Below, one piece after another: positions 32,601 through 45,188 of a stretch of DNA of 64,000 nucleotides. A program made the translations under genes and the position numbers. The stretch spans positions 32,001 through 96,000 of the forward strand of contig CAVVMW010000023.1 of NCBI GenBank assembly GCA_963749495.1, written 5' to 3'. Positions within the stretch are counted from its first letter, which is position 1; the number at the start of each line of letters is the position of its first letter. The notes beneath the pieces were generated by a model. The model was not told where the DNA came from and did not search any database. It worked only from the letters and a program-made list of their open reading frames with translations. This stretch comes from an uncultured bacterium (GTDB lineage Bacteria; Verrucomicrobiota; Verrucomicrobiia; Limisphaerales; UBA8199).

Positions 32601-34964
32601 GCCGGCGATTACGAATTCTGGCTCCGCATCGCCCGGACGCAGCAATTCCTGCACGTCAAAGAAACCCTTGGCCTCTACCTGGAGTCGCCCGCCAGCGTGG
32701 AACACGCCAGCCGCGACCGGGCCGACAAGGAAACCGCCGAGGCCAAGGCCAGGCATGCCGCCGCCCTCCTCGCACCGGCCCCACCCAATCCATCAATCCA
32801 TCAATCCGCCAATCCACCAATCCAGCCCGACCGTTCTGCCACCCCCGCTCCGCGCAAGCCCCTCGTTCTGCCCGCTTGCGCCCTGCTCGGCCACCTCGGC
32901 CCGGCGCGCGAGTTGCTCCGCCGCCGGACATTGCCGGAGGCCTGGGCCGCTGCGCACGCCGCCATCCAGGCCCGTCCGTTCCATCCCGAGGCCTGGTTGC
33001 TGCTGGCGGAAATCGCGTTGGCCGGCGGGGCTTCCATCCCCGCCCGCCATTGCGCCCAGCACGCCCTCAAGCTTGCTCCGCAATGGAAGCCCGCCAGGAA
33101 GTTCCTCCAGGGCCGCCTGCGCGGCAATGCCAAGCCCGCCTGGCTCGTCATGCCGGAATTAGTCCACAGTCCACAGTCCACAGTCCACAGTCCACAGTCC
33201 ACAGTCCACAGTCCACAGTCCACAGTCCACAGTCCACAGTCCACAGTCCACAGCCCACAGTCCACAGCCCACAGCCCACAGCCCACAGTCCACAGTCGTT
33301 TGTCTGTTTGCCTCATTGCAAAGAATGAGGAAGCGTTCCTCCCGCAATGCCTCGCCTCGGTGCGCGGCCTGGCCGACCAGATTGTCCTCGTGGATACCGG
33401 TTCCACGGACCGCACCGTCGAGATTGCCAGAGAGCACGGCGCCGAAATCCATTCATTCGCCTGGTGCGACGACTTCAGCGCCGCCCGCAATGCGGCCCTC
33501 GAGCACGTCACCGGCGATTGGGTGCTGATGCTGGACGCCGACGAGGAATTGCCCCCGGAAAGCCATGCACCGCTGCGCAGGTTGATGCAGGAAAAGGCGG
33601 TCATCGCCTGGCGCCTGCCGATTATCGATGTGGGCCGCGAGGACGAAGGCTGCAGCTACGTCCCGCGCCTGTTCCGCAACGGCCCCGCCCTCTTCTTCGT
33701 CGGGCGCGTTCACGAGCAGATCTTCAGCAGCCTCGAGGTCCGCCGCAAGGAATGGGGCCTGGACAACCGCCTGGGCGACGCCCCCTTGCGCCACCACGGC
33801 TACCGTCCCGAGGTCGTCAAGGACCGCGACAAGATCGAGCGCAACCTGCGGTTGCTCGAACGGGCGGTCGAAGAAATGCCCGGCGAACCCAACCTGCTCA
33901 TGAGCTACGGCCTCGAACTGGCCCGCTCCGGCCAGCGCGAACGGGGCGTGGCCGAGTACCTCAAGGCCTTCGACCGGATGTCCGAGCAGCCCGCTTCGGC
34001 AGCGGTGCCCGAGTTGCGGGAGATGCTCCTCTCCCAGCTCAGCACGCAGCTCATCGCCCTCAAACGCTGGAGCGAACTGGTCTGCCGGCTCCGTTCGCCC
34101 CTCGCCCAAGCAGGCGGCCTGACCGCCTCGCTCCACTTCGCTTTGGGACTGGCGCATCTTGAACTGAAGCAGTTCAGTGAGGCTGCTGATCAGATGCGCC
34201 AGTGCCTGGACAAACGGCACCTGCCCTCCCTGGCTCCTATCAACAAGGAAATCCGCAAGGCCGGCCCGCGCCATTGCCTGGCCCTCTGCCTGGACCAACT
34301 CGGCCAGGCCGATGCCGCCGCGGAGCAGTTCCGCGCTGCGCTCCAGGACGATCCCAAGTCGCGCCCGGCGCGGCTCGATTACGCGGCGTTCCTCGCCGCG
34401 CACGGCCAACCCGCCGAGGCCCTGAACCTCCTCTTTGCCCTCGCCGGTGAGAGCCCGGAAGATGCGCAGGCCTGGCTGCGGGGCGGGAGCATCGCGCTGA
34501 GCGCGCCGGAGTTTCAGGAAGTGGCCTTGGACTGGACCTCGAGCGCGCACCTGCGCCTGCCGCGCGACCCCGCCGTCGCGCAGCAACGGGCCCAGGCCCT
34601 CACACAGGCCGGCCAATGCGAGGCCGCCCTGCCGTTGTGGCGCAGCCTCGAGCGATGAGAACGGCCAGGTCCAGGTCCCACCGGAGCCGGCGTTCGGCCC
34701 CCCGCCAATGCCGGCCCGGGTCCTGGCCGCCATCGTCCTGTGCGAAACGGCCGCCGCGCGGGACGTTGCCCCGGTGCCGCCCGAGCTCAAGCCGCCGTGA
34801 GCCGCGAGTTCCTCGAGTGGTACCAGCGCCTGATCCGATTCAACGCCCGCGCTGCCATCGAAGAACTCAACCGCCGCATCGAGACCCTCCGCTGCGTGCT
34901 CCCCTCCGCCGCCCGCCTCCTGGCCGCCGCCCTGGCCCAGGCCCAACAGCCGGCGGCGGCGTAG
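23675..34964 (+). CDS. Giant multidomain SAM methyltransferase / 4x GT2 / 3x GT4-like / TPR protein (split by single-base frameshifts)
   Basis: ORFs 23675..24934, 24420..28445, 28153..29133, 28866..34658 and 34740..34964 join at ~24866, ~28200, ~28818 and ~34650-34790. Motifs: VLDLGCAGG, FSI(V/I)TPS.N, LNADD, KI.EAMA.GLPV, EGFGLPILEA, NANTDD, SVCLIAKNEE. Confidence 0.75.
28693..28723 (+). repeat. In-frame (TCATTCG)n heptamer encoding SSFVIRH; another copy at ~32027..32056
   Basis: Read directly in the sequence. Confidence 0.9.
30191..30302. repeat. REP/MITE-like element with a 27-bp terminal inverted repeat, in frame within the GT gene
   Basis: cggagtgcgcccgtccccgggcgcagc ... gctgcgcccggggacgggcgcactccg; homologs at 63581..63691 and a half copy at 41543..41593. 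Confidence 0.9.
33161..33297 (+). repeat. In-frame (AGTCCAC)~19 heptamer encoding VHSPQST repeats
   Basis: Read directly; lies immediately before the last GT2 domain. Confidence 0.95.
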
Positions 34965-34991
34965 CTGCGCGTCGGGCGCTTGTTGTCAGTA

Positions 34992-35230
34992 CAACCGCTT
35001 CCGAACGCGTGAGGACCGGAGCGCCGACTTTAGTCGGCTTACGGCGTCCGAACGTCAAGCCGACGCGGGTCGTTTCCGAGACCGGTCGTCCTTTCATTTC
35101 TTTGAACGTCCAACACTCCATTCAAGTCGAGCGCGGGGTGGGGTTTAAGCCGACTAAAGTCGGCGCTCCCGCGGCACGCGCCGGATGGACCTCCGCGCCT
35201 GCCTCCTTCGCGAAGCGTCTGGAGTGCGGC
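34992..35230. repeat. ~240-bp dispersed MITE/BIME-like element
   Basis: 24-bp inverted repeat ggagcgccgactttagtcggctta (35018..35041 / 35146..35169); diverged second copy at 41280..41528. Confidence 0.9.
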
Positions 35231-35456
35231 GCATTCCGCCGCTCTTTGAACCCACGCTCCGTGGCATTCGAACGCCAGACCGCGCGAATGCGGCGCACTC
35301 CAGGATGAATTTGTTGGCGATTTCGTGTCGGATTCCGCGCCCGCCGGGACAGTACAAAGATAAAGAATAGCATTGAGGCCGGGCCGGGATTTTTGGCGAG
35401 GCGCACGGAGGTGCAGCCGAACAGGATCTTCCCGTGTTTCGGCAGGTGCCTGGCTT

Positions 35457-38031
35457 ATGAAAATCATCAACAGAGTTCGGTTTGAAGTGCTTGGCGCGGC
35501 CACAACAATGAGCATTGTCGCGGCCGGTTTGACGCCCGCCCTTGGGCAGGTCACGTATCAAAGGCTCAGGCCCTTCGGCTTTGTCGAGTTGTGCAGCACG
35601 TATCCTTCAGGGAGCCTGGTGGAGGGAACCAACGGCGCGCTTTATGGGGTGTCCGAAGGCGGTGGCGAGGCTGAACAAGGCACGCTGTTCCGATTGAACA
35701 AGGATGGCACCGGGTTCACCATCCTCAGGAGCTTCCATGGCACGAATTGCGACGGCAGTTCGCCAGAAGGCGGCCTTTGCCTGGCCGGCAACGGTTCGCT
35801 CTATGGAGTCACCTGGGCCGGTGGTTGCAGTAATCTTGGCACCCTCTTTCGCATTGACCTGGACGGAGGCAATTACTCGGTCCTTAGGAGCTTTGCCGGT
35901 TCCGGTGACGATGGAGCCCAACCGTTTGGCGGTCTGGTCCAGGCGGGCAACGGCCGGCTATACGGGACCACGACAAAAGGAGGCCAGCACAATCTCGGCA
36001 CGGTGTTCTGTCTCAACCTCGATGGCAACGGCTACCGGGTGCTCAGGAGCTTCACCGGGACGAACGGCGATGGCGCGCAACCCAGCGCGGCGCCGGTGCA
36101 GGCAAGCGATGGCGCTCTCTATGGGACCACCTATAGCGGCGGCAGCAACAACCTGGGCACGGTATTCACCCTCCACCTGGACGGCTCCGGTTACCAGGTC
36201 CTCAGGAGCTTCAGCGGCACACAGGGTGATGGCGCCCAGCCCCGGGCGTCGCTTGTGCAAGGCAGCGATGGCGCGTTCTATGGGACTACCTGCCAAGGCG
36301 GCAGCGCCAACCAAGGGACCATCTTCCGCCTATACCCGGATGGCACCGGCTACTCAGTCATCAAGACGTTCACTGGCAGCGAAGATGCAAACCCGCTTGC
36401 GCCGCTGATCCTCGCGACCAACGGCGTGCTCTACGGAACCACCAGAGGCGGAGTCAACGACCTCAACGGCACGGTCTTTCGAAATCAACCCGGACGGCAG
36501 CGGTTACCGGGCGCTGAAGATCTACCAGGCACCGGGGCAAGACGGCGCCCAGCCCGTGCAAGCTCTTGTTCAGGCAAGCGACGGCGCCTTATATGGGACG
36601 ACCTATAGTGGAGGAGGCCCGGACAGCATGGGCACGGTTTTCAGGCTCGATCTCGATGGCGCCACTTACACCGTGCTCCGTAGTTTCCTGGCCAGGGGCG
36701 GAGACGGCTACGATCCCGAGGCCGCGCTGGCCGAGGCCACGAGCGGCTGCCTCTATGGAACGACACGGCAAGGCGGCCGCTATGACCTGGGCACTGTTTT
36801 CAAAATGAACAAGGACGGCACCAGCTACACCTTGCTCCATGCGTTCGCCGGCACCAACGGGCCGGGCCTGGTCTCCGATGGCGCCCTCCCGGTCGGCGGC
36901 CTGCTGCAAGGAACCGACGGCGCGCTTTATGGAACCGCTTCGTGGGATTATGAGTACGAACTCATTGGCCAGGGCACGACCGTTTTCGCCGTCGGTGGAA
37001 ATGGGACGGTCTTCAGGTTGCAGCCGGATGGCAGCGATTACCAGGTGATCAAGCATTTCAACGGGGGCGCGGACGGAGGTTGCCCCTACGGCGGCTTGAT
37101 CCAGGCCACCAACGGAATGCTGTATGGGACAACGTTCGGCGTGGGTGGGGCCTGGCTGGGCACGGTCTTCCGGATGAACCTGGATGGCAGTGGGTATGCC
37201 GTGCTCAAGAACTTCAGCGGCCCTGACGGATATGCGCCCCAAGCGGCCCTGTTGCAGGGCAGGGACGGCCTTCTCTACGGGACAACCCAATCCGGAGGAG
37301 CCGGCGGCGGCGGCACGGTCTTCACATTGAACCTGGACGGCAGCGGCTTTGCGGTCCTCAAGCGATTCCTCGGCTCGGATGGGAGCAGCCCGCAGGCTTC
37401 TCTAACCCAGGGCCTCGATGGCGCGCTTTACGGGACGACCCTTACGGGCGGCAAGTACAGCAATGGCACCGTGTTCAAGCTCAACCCGGACGGCACCGGC
37501 TTTGCCGTCCTGAGGCATTTCATGGGCCGGAACGGCAACGGCAGCGCACCCAGGGCGCCACTGTTGCAGACCAAAGACGGCCTGCTCTACGGAACCACCA
37601 GCGGCGGAGGCAACGACACTCCTGTGGGCGTCGGAACGGTCTTCCGGATGAACCCGGACGGCGGCGGTTTCGTCATCCTCCACGACTTTGTCCAGGACTT
37701 CCATGACGGGCTAAGCCCTGGCGCCGGACTGATCCAGGCCAGCGACGGCATCTTCTACGGGACCACCACCGCTGGCGCCAGGGATCAAAACGGCACCATT
37801 TTCCGCCTGGTTCCTCAGGCCGTGATGTCGCCGCCGGTCCAGGCTGCGGGCAATTGCCGCCTCCGCTTCTCCGGCCTGGCGAGCCGCGCCTACACCATCC
37901 AAAGGGCCTCCGCGATTTCAGGTCCCTGGGCGGCCATCGGCACTGTCACCTCTGGAGTTTCCGGGACCGGAGAATTCCTGGATGCCAACCCTCCGCCTGG
38001 CGCCGCCTTCTACCGGGCCGCCTCTCAATGA
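35457..38031 (+). CDS. Secreted GloVer (Gloeobacter/Verrucomicrobia)-repeat beta-propeller protein (frameshifted ~36483-36560)
   Basis: 14 repeats of G.LYG(T/V)T..GG....GT(V/I)F......G..Y.VL.SF.G; short C-terminal domain ending FYRA. Confidence 0.85.
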
Positions 38032-38105
38032 ACGGCCTCCCGTATTGCCTTGGCTGGCGGTTTGGTATCTGATAGCGGCAGAGCGGCCCGGCGCTCCAGC
38101 AGCAG

Positions 38106-41039
38106 ATGCGGACCATAACCGATTTGGGCCTGTTGCAGGAATACGCGGCGCGAGGCTCGGAAGAGGCCTTCCGTACCCTCGTGGAACGCTATACGGGCCT
38201 CGTGTACTCGGCCGCCCTCCGCCAGACCGGCAACACGCACACGGCCGAAGATATCACTCAAGTGGTCTTTATCATCCTGGCCCGCAAGGCCGGTGCCCTG
38301 CCCCGAACCACGGTCCTTGCGGGATGGCTGTTGCACGCCGCCCGGTTTGTCGCCCTCAACGCCCTCCGCCGCGAGGCGCGCCGTCAGCAAATCGAACGAG
38401 AAACAATCAGCCTTCGCGCGAGCGGACACGACAACGCCTGGGACAGGATTGCTCCCGTGCTCGACGAGGCGCTTTTCAACCTCAGCAAGAGGGACCGGGA
38501 CGCGATTGCCCTGCGTTTCTTCGACCAGAGGAGCTTTAGAGAAATCGGTGAAATCACCGGGACTACGGAGGACAATGCACAGAAGCGGGTCTCGAGGGCG
38601 GTTGTCAGGCTCCGCGGCGGTCTGGCCCGGCGCGGCGTCCAGGTGCCTGCGGCGCTGGCCATCGCGGCCATCAGCGCCGGGGCTGTTCAAGCCGCCCCAA
38701 GCCACCTTGCGGCTTTGGCCGCGAGCGGTGCCACGACCGGCGGCGTTGCGGGCGGGGAGATTCGAACCTGGCCCAAGCGGCGCTCGATGCCCTCCGGAGC
38801 GCCCGCGCCAAGACGCTGGCCCTTCGGGGAGCTGCGACCGTATTGGTCCTGCTCATGGCCTTGCTCGCACTGCGTCAATTCAAGCCGCGCGTGGCAACTC
38901 CTGCCAGCAGCCCCGCCGGCCTTGCTGCCGCGCAACGCGGAACTCAGTTGAGCCGGGGCGCTTTGGAGGCGGCGCCCCGAACCGCCAGCAGCCAGGGACA
39001 ACTGCGTTTGCGCGTCCTGGACGCTCAAACCGAAAGCCCTGTCCCCCAAGCCAAGGTCACCTCGGAATGGACCCCTCGAGGTCCTTTCATTCTCCGCACC
39101 GCCGCAGTCGCCACCGATAGCCGTGGGGAGTGTCGTGTTTCCTTTGGCCCCGGTTCGAGTGAGGACTGGCGGCTCCTGGTGCGGGTGATTGCGGATGGCT
39201 ACGTTCCCAGGCTCATCCGTTGGGGCGGGCCGCGTGGCGACCAGGTTGAGCGTCTGCCGGCGGAATACACGCTCAGGCTGGTCCATGGCCTGCCCATCGG
39301 CGGCCGCGTCGTGAACGAACGCGGTGAACCGGTCCCGGGCGCTCAAGTCAGTTTCGGGGATGTCCTCCTGCCGCCCGTTGAGGATTATGGCTATGGGGCG
39401 CGCGAAGGTCCGGCTCCCGCCCACGTGGAAACGACTGACGAGCGGGGGTTTTGGCGCTGCACCCATCTGCCATCCGAACTCGAAGTCTTACAATTTTCCG
39501 TCTCGCACCCGGACTACTTGCCTGCGAGCTTTGACGAGGATCGCCCTGCCTCCGCTACAGAGCGTGGCGGGCAGCCCTTGAACCGTGAGGACCTTCTGAA
39601 GCAGACCGCTGTGATAGTCCTCAAACCAGGGTTATCGGTCTCCGGAGTGGTCAGGGATTATCGGGGGCAGTCCCTGGCCGGCGCCGAAGTCATCGAAAGC
39701 CACATTGTGCTCGGTGAATTCCTCGAACAACTAGGCACGCGCCTGACAGGAGCCGAGGGTCGATTCAGGTTCAGCAATGTCGCGCAAGGAGATGTAGTTC
39801 TATCCGCGCAAGCTGACGGCTTTGCCGCCGAGAGCAAGGTTGTTCATCCGGCGGCCAATGCGGACGAGGTTGACCTCGAACTCAATCCCACGGCGGTGCT
39901 GCGCGGGCGGGTCGTGGACCAGGACGGCCGGCCGGTTGTTCTTGCCCACATCGTTGCCGCCGATGAACACAGCCGGCAAACCAAGACAGCCTGGCCGGCC
40001 ACCGACGAGCAGGGCAAATTCTTCTGGCCCTCCGCCCCTCCCACCATCGAGCGATACGACATCTGGGCCCCCGATTGCGACACCGCGACCAACGTAGAAT
40101 TGGCTGCGGATGCCACCGAACACCTCATCACGCTGCACAGGCTGCCAACACCCCGCAAGTTCCGCCTCTCGGGCAGCGCCATTGACCGGGCGACTCGGGC
40201 GCCTATCGCCGCGTTCGAGGTCTGGATGGGCCGAACAGCCGGCCCCACCGGGACTGAGGTTGAAATGGGCAGGACCCTCCGGACCACTGGAAGCGACGGC
40301 AGGTTCCTGTTTCTGGAGCGGGAACAAAGCCTCCCCGGATTCCCTGTGGTGAGGTACCTCGCTCGAGATACAGGCGGATGGCTATCGCCCTGCCACGTTG
40401 ACGGTTCCGGGGCCCCTCACCAACGATTGCGAATGGAATTTCGTCCTCGATGCCGCCCCAACGGTTTATGCTGCTGTCCAGTTGCCCGACGGGCAGCCGG
40501 CCGTTGGCGCCACTGTCTTGCTTTGTGCCAGGGAGCAAGAGGCTGCCTACATCATGCTGCCCGCGCGGCTTGACCTCAGCGTTTCAAAAGGGCCTCGCGT
40601 AAGAACGGACCTCAAGGGCGCCTTTACTCTCACAGTGACGAGGCCCGATACCGACGCCTGCATCGCTCACCCCGGCGGATTTGCACACGTGCCGCTCGAC
40701 GAATTGATGGCGTCCCGCGCCGTCACGCTCCAGGCCTGGGGCCGCGTTGCCGGTTCTCTCCGAACCGGGGGCCAAGTCAGTTCAAACCAGCTTATCTCCT
40801 TATACAATGTGCCCTCCGAATCTCGCTCTGCGGTGTGCCTGCTCCGGATAGACAGGACCGACGCCCAGGGCCGGTTCAGCTTCGAAGGCGTCCCGGCAGG
40901 CCGATGGGAACTTTCCCACCAGCCAGGAGCCTCCACCGGCCCAATTCACAAAAAAGTCATGCTTCCATATACGAACACAGCTCCGGTGACCCCGGGCCGC
41001 AGCCTCGAGCTCTTTTGTGAAACCCGGGCTGACCACTGA
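38106..41039 (+). CDS. ECF sigma factor fused to a TM helix and carboxypeptidase-regulatory-like beta domains (frameshifted)
   Basis: D..LL..Y....SEEAF..LV.RY; AEDITQ.VF..LARKA; region 4 in 38106..38951; G.VV...G.P..GA.V repeats in 38843..40573 and 40398..41039. Confidence 0.8.
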
Positions 41040-41066
41040 AGTTTCGCTGGAATGATCGCCATGCGC

Positions 41067-41595
41067 CTGTAGGGGCGTCACCCCTCATGTCCCAATCTCC
41101 GGCCGACATTGTTGTTCGCCTCGTCTTCAGCACCAAGCCCTCTTCCGCCCTTACAGGGCGGAGGAATCGTCTTTTGTTGTTACCTGGGGCTGCGCGCTGC
41201 GCGCTTCACCCCAGGCTTTCACATTGCGGGCCTTCGGCCCTCTCGTTTTCCGCCCGAACAGTTGCGCTTCTTCTTAGCACAACCGCTTCCCGAACGCGTG
41301 AGGCTCGGAGCGCCGACTTTAGTCGGCTTATGGCGTCCGAGCGGCGAGCCGACGCGGGTCCTTTCCGAGATCGGCCCTCTTTTCATTTGTTTGAACGTCC
41401 AACGCTCCAGTCAGATCGAGCGTGGGGTGGTTCTTGGCCGGTTTAAGCCGGCTAAAGTCGGCGCTCCGGCGGCACGCGCCGAATGCGCCTCCGCGCCTCC
41501 CTCGTTCGCGAAGCGTCTGGAGTGCGGGTGTTATGAGTTTACTTGACCGCTGCCCTGGCTGCGGACATGGCTGCGCCCGAGGACGGGCGCACTCC
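41067..41595. repeat. Composite cluster of REP-like elements
   Basis: cgcccttacagggcg and gggccttcggccc hairpins, a copy of the 34992 element, and half of the 30191 element. Confidence 0.8.
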
Positions 41596-41704
41596 TATCT
41601 CGCCCCAGCCGGTGGGGGCGGCGTCGGGATACGCCCGCCGCACGCTTGCCAAAGAGTGCGATTCGTGGTCGGATTTTCGGCGTCAGCGGCTTCTTAGCTG
41701 TGAA

Positions 41705-44700
41705 ATGAGCACGATGGACAGCGTTGGACTGCTTCGCGACTACGCCGAGCACGGCAACGAAGCCGCTTTCGGCGAAGTGGTTGCCCGGTACATTGACCTG
41801 GTCTATTCCACGGCCGTGCGCCGTGTCGGCGGTGACGCCGACCTGGCCCGCGATGTCACGCAGACCGTCTTCACCGACCTGGCCCGCAAGGCGCGGTCGT
41901 TGGGCGGACAAGTCATGCTGGGCGGATGGCTGCACCGGCACACGGGCTTTGTGTCGGCCAGTGTGGTGCGAAGCGAACGACGCCGTCAGGCTCGCGAACA
42001 ACAGGCCGCCGAGATGAACACGCTCCACCATTTCCCCGACCCCGCCTGGCAGCAACTGGCGCCCGTGCTGGATGAAAGCATCGATGCCCTGGACGCGCCG
42101 GATCGCCAGGCCATCCTGCTGCGCTTTTACGAACGGCGCGACCTCCGCTCCGTGGGCGCCGCGCTGGGCGTGAGCGATGACGCGGCGCAAAAACGCGTTG
42201 GCCGCGCCTTGGATAAGCTGCGCGCGCTGCTGGCCAATCGTGGCGTCACGCTGAGCGGCGCGGCGCTCGCCGGCCTCATGGCCGCCGAGGCCGTCACGCG
42301 GCTCCGGCCGGCCTGGCTCACACGGTGCGCCAGGGGGCGCTGGTGGGTGTGGCTTCCGGTTCCGGCTTGACCCTCGCGCTCATGAGACTGGCCGGTCCGC
42401 TGGCAATCAAGTGGGCGCTGGGCGTGGCGGCCCTCGCCACGGTGGCAACCGCCTTGCTCGTGACCCGGCATCCAGGCCCAACGCCCGTCATGGCCAACGG
42501 CGCTGGAGCGGCCACCAAGGCAGCGACGGCGCGTTCGTCTGCCGGTGCCCCGGCTGCCGGTCCGGAGGGTCTTGCCGCTGCTGCGCCCGCCGCCAGGAGC
42601 AATGTGCTCCTGCTTCACCTCGTTGCCGCCGACAGCGGCAAACCCATAGCAGGAGCGACCATCGAGTTCCAGGTGGTTCCACCAAGGGGGAGCAGCCCCG
42701 CTCCTCGGACGCCGCTCAAATTGACCTCCACGGAGCAGGGCCTCTGCGAGATCCCGCTGCCCGCTGAGCCGGCCTGGTCTTGGTTTCAAGCCGCGTCGAT
42801 GGATTCGTGGACACCAGCCTGGCATGGAACCCTGAACGGGGCCAGACGATGCCCGCGCAATACACGCTGCGCTTGCCGCGTTCGGTGCCCATCGGCGGGC
42901 TGGTGCTGAATCAGGACGATAAACCGGTCTCCGGCGCGCAGGTCCAAGTTGCCAGTGGCGGCAGCACCAGCGCTGAGGTTCCCCACATCACCACGCAGGC
43001 TGCGGAACTGACGGTCACGGATGCTCAAGGCCGTTGGCGCATTGATCGATTTAGCAGAGAGGCCCTCTGGGCAAAGGATCGAAGCGTTGCGCATCTTTCG
43101 CTCCAGGCATTGCACCCGGATTACTTCCAGGATGTCATGCACAGTTATGGCACCGGCGCATGGGACCAGGTACGGACGCAACTGTTGGCCGGCGAGTATG
43201 TCTTCAGGCTCGCCCGCAGGGTGCCCCTGCGCGGGACCGTGGTGGACACCAACAGCCAGCCCGTGCCCAACGTGAAGATCACGGTGGACAATCCGCATGG
43301 ACCCAGTCCCCCTGAGATGACCAATCAAGCAGACGGCACATTCGCAATGGCCCCATGCCGGGCGGGCGCCAACTGGCTTCGCTTCGAGGCAAGCGGGTTT
43401 GCCTTGACGAAGCTGGAAGTCGACCTGAAGCCGGACATGGCCCCGATGCGCGTGACGCTTGGGGCGGCCAAACCGTTGCGGCTGCGCATCATGGCTCGAA
43501 ACGGACTGCCCGTGCCGCAAGCCACCGTTACCCAAAGGACCTTCGTCGAGATAGGGGCCTCGGCGGCCGCATCGGGGCGCGCGCAACGCATGGGAATGTC
43601 CCGGGTGCTCTTCAGCCAGCAGGCCGACCCCGACGGGCGCGTCCGGTGGGACAGCCCGCCCGAGGACCTTCTCTCGCTGGAGGTCGCCGCTGCCGGCCTG
43701 CGCAGCACCAATGTGCTGCTGAAAGCCGATGGAGAGGAGCACGTCATCACGCTCGCGCCGGCGCTGACCGTTTTTGGCACCGTGCATGACGCCGCGACCG
43801 GCGAGCCCATACCTCATTTCACCCTGAGCGCGGCCGGCACACGCGCGCCCGGGGGCCAGAACATCGAGTTTGAGGGCGGGCAATTCCGGCACGTCGAGGA
43901 GAATGCCGATGGGCGGACTGTGCGGTTCAAGTTCGAGGCGGAGGGCTACGTGCCGTTCGTGACCCGCGAGGTGCAAGTTGACGCGGGCGAAGTCCAGTTC
44001 GATATCCAGATGCAAGCCGCCGCCTCCACGAAGGTCACCCTCCTCCTGCCGGATGGCACGCCCGCGACTAACGCCGACCTCGCGCTCGTCGAACCGGGCG
44101 GACACCTGATCGTGACTGAAGGCGGTTTGAGGCCTTTGGGGAGCAGAAACAGCCGCGATCGGCTTTCGCTCGACGACCAGGCCCGCTTCACCTTGCCGCC
44201 GAGCGAGGAAGGGACCTGGGTCGTCGCCGCCGCGCCGGAGGGTTACGCGGCAGCGTCGGCGTCGGCGTTGGCCGCCGAACCGACGGTGCGTCTGCTGCCC
44301 TGGGGCAGAATCGAGGGCAGGTGCCTGGCCGGAGGCAAACCCGCGGCGGGCGCGTCGTTCAGACTTGCCACAAAGACTCCCATTGCGCAGACCCTTTACG
44401 ATGTCGAGGCTGACGAGAACGGGCACTTCACGTTTCCAACCGTGCCGCCGGGCAATCTGACCCTGAGCAAATGGAGTGCGCGCGGCACCCGTCAGGCGGC
44501 GCTGAACCCGCTGGCGGAGGTGGCGATACAGCCGGGCGAGACCAAGACGATCTCGGTGGGCGCTTACACTGCGGCCGCGCGCCTGCACTGGCCGGAGGGC
44601 ATGAAGCGGGGAGCCGATTGGAGCATCCTGGCATATTATCTGAAGGCGCAGAATGCAGGTCCAACTGGGCCAGGCCACCGGCTCGCTGAAACTGCCGAGG

Positions 44701-44885
44701 GCGGATTGGTCGCCGAGGACCTGACGGCCGGGAGTTACGTGGTGAAGGTGTCCATCGGCGGTCCGCCTGGGAGCAATGGCCAGGGCAAGTTCCTGCTGCG
44801 CGCGGAGGCCCCGTTCACCGTTCCCGCCGAGCCGTCCAGCGGCACGCTCGACCTGGGCGAGATCGTCCTGCAACGGGCGGATTGA
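41705..44885 (+). CDS. Second ECF sigma factor fusion protein (frameshifts ~42300 and ~42780)
   Basis: LLRDYAEHGNEAAFGEVVARYIDLVYSTA...DAAQKRVGRALDKLR, then a TM segment and repeated beta domains; same architecture as 38106..41039. Confidence 0.8.
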
Positions 44886-44918
44886 CTGGATTCTCACCAG
44901 CGATCTGGGTCTTCGATC

Positions 44919-45006
44919 CTTCGTTTCCTTTGTTTCCTTCTGTTCTTTTCCTGCGTCCCGCCGGCTGGGCACAGGAACAGAACAGAAGGAAACAAAGGAA
45001 ACGAAG
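44919..45006. repeat. Inverted pair of 9-mer tandem arrays (28-bp perfect inverted repeat)
   Basis: cttcgtttcctttgtttccttctgttct / agaacagaaggaaacaaaggaaacgaag. Confidence 0.9.
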
Positions 45007-45188
45007 AGGCGGCCTGATCCGGCGCCATCGATCGGGTCCGTGCCGGTTCGTATCTGGATTCCTAGACGTTCTTTGTGACGAAGGCCCGGCAAAATCCATG
45101 CCGTGAAGATTGTTGTCCTGCGCCCGGCTCGCCGATTCGTTGCTTTTTGCTCTTGTGAATCCTCTGCTCCCGGCTGTAACAAGGGCGC

